From a bacterium (GTDB taxonomy: Bacteria; Krumholzibacteriota; Krumholzibacteriia; LZORAL124-64-63), in the NCBI GenBank assembly GCA_016703265.1, contig JADJCK010000015.1, positions 8,586-72,585 on the forward strand: a stretch of 64,000 nucleotides of DNA. The letters are read 5' to 3'. A program made the position numbers and the translations under genes. Shown here piece by piece: positions 58,197 through 64,000 of this stretch. Position 1 is the stretch's first letter. Every line of letters starts with the position of its first letter. The notes under the pieces are model-generated. The model ran no database searches. It was given only the letters and a program-made list of their open reading frames with translations, and was not told the DNA's origin.

Positions 58197-61100
58197 CTAG
58201 CGCACGAGCTGCATCTTGACCAGCGAGTTGCCCTCACTGGTGCGCAGGCGGCCCAGGTAGCCGCCGCTGGCCAGGGCGTGGCCATTTTCGTCGCGGCCGT
58301 CCCACGTGATCGCGTGATTCCCTGCCGCCAGGTCGCCGGCAGCGAGCGTCCGCATGCGGCGGCCCGCCAGGTCGAAGATCTCGAGCGTCACCGGTCCGTC
58401 CTGCGACAACTCGAAGCTGAGCGTTGTCTGCGGATTGAACGGGTTCGGGGCCACGGCAAGGCGCAGGGCGGGACGCGGCAGGTCGTTGTCGTCGGGCACG
58501 TCGGACAGCGAGTCCAGGCGCGCGTAGAGGGCCACGTTGTCCCAGCGCGTGTTGCCCGAGGCACCGGCGGCGTTGGTGCCGCTGAACAGCAGGCGCACGC
58601 GGAAGTCCGGGTTGTCGTTGGCCGCGGCAATGCCGGCGAAGTCCCAGCTGACCAGGCCCGGCACCTCGCTGATGGCCACGGTGCCGCCCAGCGGCAGCCA
58701 GTTGTCGGTGCCCGCGGCGGTGGCGTACTCCAGGCGCACTTCCTGGGCGCCGTTCGAGGAGCGCCAGACGGCTGCTGCCAGCAGCGGCTCGGCCAGCCCG
58801 GTCGTCGGCAGCGTGATGTGCAGTTCGCGCGTGTCGGACGGGTTGCGCACGCGCAGGCCGAGCCCCGCGGCGTTGCCCAGCTGCGCGTTCACGTCGGAGC
58901 CCGCCACGTTGTCCAGGTAGCCGGCGCCGGTGCCCGGCCAGGTGATGGTCGGTGCGCCGACCGCAGCCACGTCGGCGGCGACCGAGGTGAGCGTGCCGGC
59001 CGGCAGGCTGTTGAAGTGCCAGTAGTGCGCCAGTTGCGGCGGGTTGGCGTCGCTGGCGAACACCGCCGTGCGGGTGACCAGCGCCGCGCCCGGCGTCACG
59101 GTGATCGTCGGGGTCGTCTCGCCGGTCTCCTGCCAGCGCACGAAGGTCGAGCCGGCCGCCGGCAGCGCCGTCACGGTGACGGCATTGCCCTGGAAGTAGG
59201 CGCCGGTCCACGGGTAGGGCGAGCCGGGAACGGGCAGGCCCGGCGTGTTCGCGTCGATCACCAGCGTGTTCACGCGAACGGAGCCGCGTGCGGCGTCGCT
59301 GACATCGACCCGCACGCTGCCGGTGCCGGCCAGGCCGAAGAAGGACTGGTACTGCTGGCGCATGACGGCCGGGCGATTCACCGTGAAGGTACGGAAGGCC
59401 TGCACCTGCGCGTTCCAGTTCTCCGTCAGGGCCCAGCGCGCGTACCACGTCGGGATGGCTGGCGCGTAACGGTTCGCATGCTCGTCGATGATGCTGATCA
59501 GCCGCGACGACACGAAGGTGGCGTTCAGATGGTCGGCCGCGTTGTTGATGAAGTCGCGGCGGAAGCCGTCGTTCTCCAGCAGGCCGCGCAGCAGTTCGGT
59601 CGACCAGGGCGGATTCGGCCAGCTCGGACCGTTGGTGGCCGTCGCGGCGGCCAGCGCGTTGTAGGACGCGTCCTGGAACGAATCGTCCATGTCCTTCAGC
59701 GACCAGCGCCAGCGGCCGTCGTGCCCGGTGGGCGCGCCGAGGGCGTTGGTGGCCAGGTTGCGGCGCCAGAAGACGATGTTGTTGCCGGGCCAGTCGGTGT
59801 TCGCCGCGTAGATCTCGGCCGTGCAGTACTCGATGAAGTTGGCGACGTCCATGAGCGAGTCCACATGCGCGAACGCCGCCGGGTCGTTCATGTCGTGCGC
59901 GGCCACATAGGTGCGCAGCGCGAAGTACGGCAGGTTGCCGTCGGCGGGGCCGTCGTCGACCTCGCCGTCGTTCTCCAGGAGCACCACGTCGGCCTCGGGC
60001 ACGCCGTACATGCGCTCGTAGTAGAAGCGGCTGTACTCGTCGCGCAGGTTGGCCAGACCCCAGTACTCGCCGTCCAGGAACTGGATCACCGGGCGGCCCG
60101 CCTGGCGGTCGAAGTCCAGGCCGTCGAACATCGCGTGGATCGAGAGGTCGCGGAAGCCGATATAGCCCCAGTCGTCGCCGGAGTTGCGCACGCGGAAGCG
60201 CGCATACGAAGTGGACGGCAGCTCGGGGAACAACTGCGCGCCGAAGGTGGGCTCGCCGTAGCCAATACCGGCGTACAGCTTCACGGTCTTCTGCGGCAGC
60301 TTCACCGTCGCGTTGCCGCTGATGCGGATGCCGGCATCCTGCGAGAGCACCACGTCGCCGGCTTCGTTGAACAGCTCGACATGCACCGGCCGCTCCCAGG
60401 CCGCGCCGCTCTGGAAGTAGTTGCCGGTCTCGTCGGCCCCGGGCACGTACAGGTTGCCCGGCACATAGATGCCGTTGGCGTTATCGAACAGGTTCACCGG
60501 GTCGGTCACCAGCGAGATGACCGGGAAGAAGCAGCGCGAAGCCACGTCCGGCCCCACGATGTACGAACGCGTGGCCACCTTGCCGGGCGTCAGGCCGGTG
60601 CGGAAAGCGCGTGCGCGCACGACCGTGATCTTGTCGATGGCGCCCACCGGCAGCCGCCAGGCGTAGTGGCCGGGCGCCATGAAGTTGGTCGGGATCGGCG
60701 CGTAGACCGCCGGGTCGCCGGCGCGGTCGTCGATGGTGATCGGGCCCGTGTACACCGGCGAGGTCGCGGTCGGCTCGCTGCCGTCGAGTGTGTAACGGAT
60801 GGTGGCCAGCGGGTCGGTCGTGGCCAGTACCAGGCCGAACGAGGCGGCGTGGAAGCCGGCCTGCGCCGAGAAGACGGGCGTGGGCGCTACCTGCGTGGGT
60901 ACGCCGTTGGCCGCGCCCGGCGTCGCCACGTTGTACACCGACCATGTGGCCGCGCCGTCGGGCTGCCGCGCGTACGACTGGTCCGCCGTCAGCAGCATCG
61001 CCGGCGCCTGGTCCAGCAGCGTCACGCCGTCGGCCGCCGTCAGCAGCAGCGGCTCGCCCGAAGCGCCGATCTTGAAGTTGGTATGGAGCTGGCCGCCGGC

Positions 61101-61406
61101 CAGCACGCCGTTCTTGTCCGAGGCCCACACCACCAGCCACCCGTGGGCCGGCACCGATCCCTGCGGGAACTGCCACTTGAGAGGCAGGGCGGCGTCATCG
61201 CTCAGCCAGGCGCCGGTCAGGTTCACGGCGGTCGCGCCGGGATTGTAGAGCTCGATCCAGTCGGAGAAGGCGCCGTCGACATCGGCCAGCGTGCCCGTAT
61301 TGGTGCTCATGAACTCGTTGATGACCACCGACTGCGCCGCCGCCGGACCCGCCAGCAGGCAGGCGACGGCAAGCACCGGCAACCAGCGCAAGGACTTGTG
61401 CAGCAT
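58197..61406 (-). CDS. lamin-tail-domain + CotH kinase-family surface protein (1069 aa) with FlgD-Ig/T9SS-like C-terminal domain
   Basis: Signal peptide; LTD (VINEFMSTN..DWIELYNPGATAVNLTGAWLSDD); CotH region; extra ~190-aa domain absent from the paralog; tail NPFNPQTTLSFEL..VTLEIFDLAGRRMRTL..GNHAITWDGRDENG..ASGGYL. Confidence 0.8.
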   Translation of the reverse strand: MLHKSLRWLPVLAVACLLAGPAAAQSVVINEFMSTNTGTLADVDGAFSDWIELYNPGATAVNLTGAWLSDDAALPLKWQFPQGSVPAHGWLVVWASDKNGVLAGGQLHTNFKIGASGEPLLLTAADGVTLLDQAPAMLLTADQSYARQPDGAATWSVYNVATPGAANGVPTQVAPTPVFSAQAGFHAASFGLVLATTDPLATIRYTLDGSEPTATSPVYTGPITIDDRAGDPAVYAPIPTNFMAPGHYAWRLPVGAIDKITVVRARAFRTGLTPGKVATRSYIVGPDVASRCFFPVISLVTDPVNLFDNANGIYVPGNLYVPGADETGNYFQSGAAWERPVHVELFNEAGDVVLSQDAGIRISGNATVKLPQKTVKLYAGIGYGEPTFGAQLFPELPSTSYARFRVRNSGDDWGYIGFRDLSIHAMFDGLDFDRQAGRPVIQFLDGEYWGLANLRDEYSRFYYERMYGVPEADVVLLENDGEVDDGPADGNLPYFALRTYVAAHDMNDPAAFAHVDSLMDVANFIEYCTAEIYAANTDWPGNNIVFWRRNLATNALGAPTGHDGRWRWSLKDMDDSFQDASYNALAAATATNGPSWPNPPWSTELLRGLLENDGFRRDFINNAADHLNATFVSSRLISIIDEHANRYAPAIPTWYARWALTENWNAQVQAFRTFTVNRPAVMRQQYQSFFGLAGTGSVRVDVSDAARGSVRVNTLVIDANTPGLPVPGSPYPWTGAYFQGNAVTVTALPAAGSTFVRWQETGETTPTITVTPGAALVTRTAVFASDANPPQLAHYWHFNSLPAGTLTSVAADVAAVGAPTITWPGTGAGYLDNVAGSDVNAQLGNAAGLGLRVRNPSDTRELHITLPTTGLAEPLLAAAVWRSSNGAQEVRLEYATAAGTDNWLPLGGTVAISEVPGLVSWDFAGIAAANDNPDFRVRLLFSGTNAAGASGNTRWDNVALYARLDSLSDVPDDNDLPRPALRLAVAPNPFNPQTTLSFELSQDGPVTLEIFDLAGRRMRTLAAGDLAAGNHAITWDGRDENGHALASGGYLGRLRTSEGNSLVKMQLVR

Positions 61407-61863
61407 TCTCTAACCTTCCAAATGACAACAGGTTACAGTAGTGGCGGGGTCCATTGCCGGTCGTCTTGCGCGTTACGCCCCCTAATTTGATCAATAATAA
61501 CACGCCAAGGGCGGTACCGTCAAAGCAATACCGACACGGGGCGTTTTCCCTGCTATCCTCGTTGTTGCAGAAACTGGATCCGTTTTCAGCCATTTTGCCC
61601 CCCTGGGCGCAAGGAACCGCCCCATGGTCACCCGGCCTGCCCTCTGGTTGCCCATCCTTCTGTCGGCCGTCGCCGTGTGCGTCGCCCGTGTGGCGCGACT
61701 GTCGCTGCCGGCGGCAGCTTCGGCTGGTTGTGGCCAAGCGTGTGATCGCAGGCGGTCCGGCATCTATTGACGGGAAGGCGGCGTTTTCCGACATTCACTT
61801 TTAGCCTTCCGGGGCTGGCCAGGTGAACCTCGAAGTGAACCCCCAACCGGATGACGGCAGGCC

Positions 61864-63741
61864 ATGAACCATCTGCGCACGATTGCCGGGACCATGATCG
61901 CCCTCTTCCTGCTCGGCGCCCTTGCCGGCTGCGGCGGGGGCGGCGATCCGGTCGCGCCCGACGACGGCACACCGGCGGCCGTCACCGACCTTGAGACGGT
62001 GGCCGGCACCGACAACAGCGTCACCCTGGCCTGGACCGTGCCCGCGGCCGCCGCGAAGGCCGGCGGCTCGCTGGCCTACGACCTGCGCTACACGCTGCTG
62101 GGGCAGGAGGCTGCCGACCGTTCGCTGTGGACGGCGGCGCCGGCGCCGCTGGCGTTGACGGGCGCGGGCCAGACGCAGATGCATGTGGTGACCGGGCTCG
62201 CGGCGGGATCCACCTACGTGTTCAGCCTGGCCGCGCGGTACGGCAGCGGCGCGTGGTCGACGCCTTCGGCGCCGGCGGTCGGTACCGCAGCCGTGCAGCC
62301 CGACCAGACGCCGCCGGCCCGCGTGCAGGACCTGGTGCAGTATGCCGGCACCACCGGTTCCCTGACCGTGGCCTGGTCGCTGGCCGGCGACGACACCATC
62401 TATGGACGCGCCGAAGACTATGAAGTGCGCTATGCCGGCACGCCCCTCACAGCCGAAACCTGGGCTGCCGCCACGGTTGCCGATGAAGTGCCCGAGGCGC
62501 ACCCGGTCCCCGGCAGGCTGATGCTGACGATCGACGGGCTTGTCGAGGGCCAGACCTATCACGTGGGCCTGAAGGCGCTCGACGATGCCGGCCACGCCTC
62601 GGCGCTGTCGAACGTGGTGACCGCGAGCGCCGTCGCGATGCGCACCATCCACGTGCGCGTCGACGGCAGCGGCGATTACGCCAGGCTGAACGACGCGATC
62701 CACGCCGCGATGCCCGGCGACGTCGTGCTTGTGGGACCCGGTCGCTACACCTGGACGAACCAGGGCGATGGCGACGCCACGCAGGGCCTGTTCGTCGTCC
62801 GGCGCGACCAGACCGACTTCACCATCCGCAGCGAGGCCGGCGCCGCTGCGACCATTCTCGACGCCGAGCGGCAGGGTCGCGTCATGTACGTGGTCGGCGG
62901 CACGTTCGGCAGCGGCGAAGAGCGCACCTGGGCCGGCGTCACCATCGAGGGCTTCACGTTCGTCAACGGGCTTGCGCTCGGCGTTGGCGGCGAGCTTGGC
63001 CCGCCGTGGGCCGGTGCCGGGCTGGCCCTGCACCTGACCGACACCCTCGTGCGCGACTGCATCTTCCGCGACAACGAGGCGATCGAGGGCGGCGCGGTCT
63101 GGATGGGCGGCCAGGGCGGCTCGCGGCTGGAGAACTGCCTGCTCGAGAACAACGAGGCCGAATCCGGCGGCGCCGTCCACCTGGTCAACAGCGAGCCGGT
63201 GATGAGCCTGAGCGGCTGCATCATCCGGAACAACGTCGCGTCGCTGGCCGGTGGCGCCATCTACGCAGCCAATGTCGGCCTGGAGATGGACGACACCCTC
63301 GTCCACGGCAACCTGGCGATCGATCGCGGCGGCGCCATGTACATCGCGGCCCTTCACGACGGCAGCTGGATCGAGGGCTGTTCGTTCCTGGGCAACACGG
63401 CGCCGATCGCCTCGGGCCTCCGGCTGGCCTATCCGATGACCTTGACGCTGCGCCGCAGCCTGGTTGCCGCGAACGGCGGCGGGGCGGGCATCGAGATCGT
63501 CGCTGTGGGCGTGGGTTCGGGCGCGGTGCTGAAGGCCGGCTGCAACCTGGTGTTCGGCAACAACGGTGGCAACGCGTGGCCCATCGGCACCATCGATCTC
63601 GGCGGCAACCTGGCGAGCGACCCGCTGCTGTGCCCCGACGGCTTGCATCCGTCGGCCGGCTCGCCCTGCCTGCCGGGCAACCGTGCCGGCGGCGACGAAT
63701 GCGGCCTCATCGGCGCCCTCGGCCAGGGCTGCGGAGGCTGA
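61864..63741 (+). CDS. lipoprotein with two fibronectin-III-like domains and a right-handed beta-helix domain
   Basis: Lipobox LGALAGC; 2x (V.DL.......S.TLAW..P......Y.LRY...); I.V..DGSGDYARLNDAIHAAMPGDVVLVGPGRY; repeated GGA.Y....L turns. Confidence 0.65.
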   Translation: MNHLRTIAGTMIALFLLGALAGCGGGGDPVAPDDGTPAAVTDLETVAGTDNSVTLAWTVPAAAAKAGGSLAYDLRYTLLGQEAADRSLWTAAPAPLALTGAGQTQMHVVTGLAAGSTYVFSLAARYGSGAWSTPSAPAVGTAAVQPDQTPPARVQDLVQYAGTTGSLTVAWSLAGDDTIYGRAEDYEVRYAGTPLTAETWAAATVADEVPEAHPVPGRLMLTIDGLVEGQTYHVGLKALDDAGHASALSNVVTASAVAMRTIHVRVDGSGDYARLNDAIHAAMPGDVVLVGPGRYTWTNQGDGDATQGLFVVRRDQTDFTIRSEAGAAATILDAERQGRVMYVVGGTFGSGEERTWAGVTIEGFTFVNGLALGVGGELGPPWAGAGLALHLTDTLVRDCIFRDNEAIEGGAVWMGGQGGSRLENCLLENNEAESGGAVHLVNSEPVMSLSGCIIRNNVASLAGGAIYAANVGLEMDDTLVHGNLAIDRGGAMYIAALHDGSWIEGCSFLGNTAPIASGLRLAYPMTLTLRRSLVAANGGGAGIEIVAVGVGSGAVLKAGCNLVFGNNGGNAWPIGTIDLGGNLASDPLLCPDGLHPSAGSPCLPGNRAGGDECGLIGALGQGCGG

Positions 63742-63746
63742 GCGGG

Positions 63747-64000
63747 ATGGCGATCATCGAAGGTCCCGGCGGCCCCGTCGAACTGGATGAACGGGGCTAC
63801 CTGAAGAACGCCGCCGACTGGACGCGCGAACTGGCCCCGCTGCTGGCTTCGCGCGAAGGCCTGCGCCAGCTCACGCCCGACCACTGGCGCCTGATCGAGG
63901 TCATGCGCGCGCATCATGCCGAGCGCGGCGCCATGCCGATGATCCGCGAGCTCTGCCGCGCCACCGGCTTCTCGCTGCAGCGCATCTACGAACTGTTCCC
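63747..64000 (+). CDS. TusE/DsrC-family sulfur-relay protein (3' end outside window)
   Basis: LDERGYLKNAADWTRELAPLLASREGLRQLTPDHWRLIEVMRAHHAERGAMPMIRELCRATG. Confidence 0.6.
   Translation, partial: MAIIEGPGGPVELDERGYLKNAADWTRELAPLLASREGLRQLTPDHWRLIEVMRAHHAERGAMPMIRELCRATGFSLQRIYELF

Overview
High-G+C (roughly two-thirds G+C by eye) chromosomal window from a Gram-negative, probably uncultivated lineage. SD-type ribosome-binding sites and several FlgD-Ig/T9SS-like C-terminal tails suggest something Gemmatimonadota- or Eisenbacteria-like, but that guess is low confidence. Core content: a complete F1Fo ATP synthase operon (atpI-like, atpBEFHAGDC, 24.5-32.0 kb), recQ, uppP, tpx, a LysR/MFS pair, and an envelope operon (Omp85 - DUF4390 - histidine kinase - sigma54 response regulator - OMP) followed by a TonB-dependent-receptor-like gene and a lipoprotein. 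Accessory content: (i) a 7.3-21.2 kb islet packed with toxin-antitoxin modules: HicA-HicB-SecB TAC, an excisionase-type antitoxin with a truncated PIN toxin, HicAB, an MqsR-like/MqsA-like/ImmA-protease triad, and an orphan BrnA. Almost every module boundary there carries a ~55-bp double-palindrome repeat with core TTGCGCCGGCGCAA (11 copies in the window). (ii) A visibly lower-G+C island (34.5-45.0 kb) bounded by a decayed phage terminase gene and a decayed IS66 element. It carries a 1540-aa S8 protease/FG-GAP/ASPIC fusion, two further secreted proteins and a 111-nt tract made only of A and C. (iii) Tandem lamin-tail/CotH-kinase surface-protein paralogs, one with an in-frame stop. Many accessory genes show frame breaks or stops while core genes are intact. 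I cannot tell real decay from assembly indels using sequence alone. Long antisense ORFs in the track are high-GC artefacts. No rRNA, tRNA or CRISPR array was recognised. All family assignments come from motif recall, not database searches.
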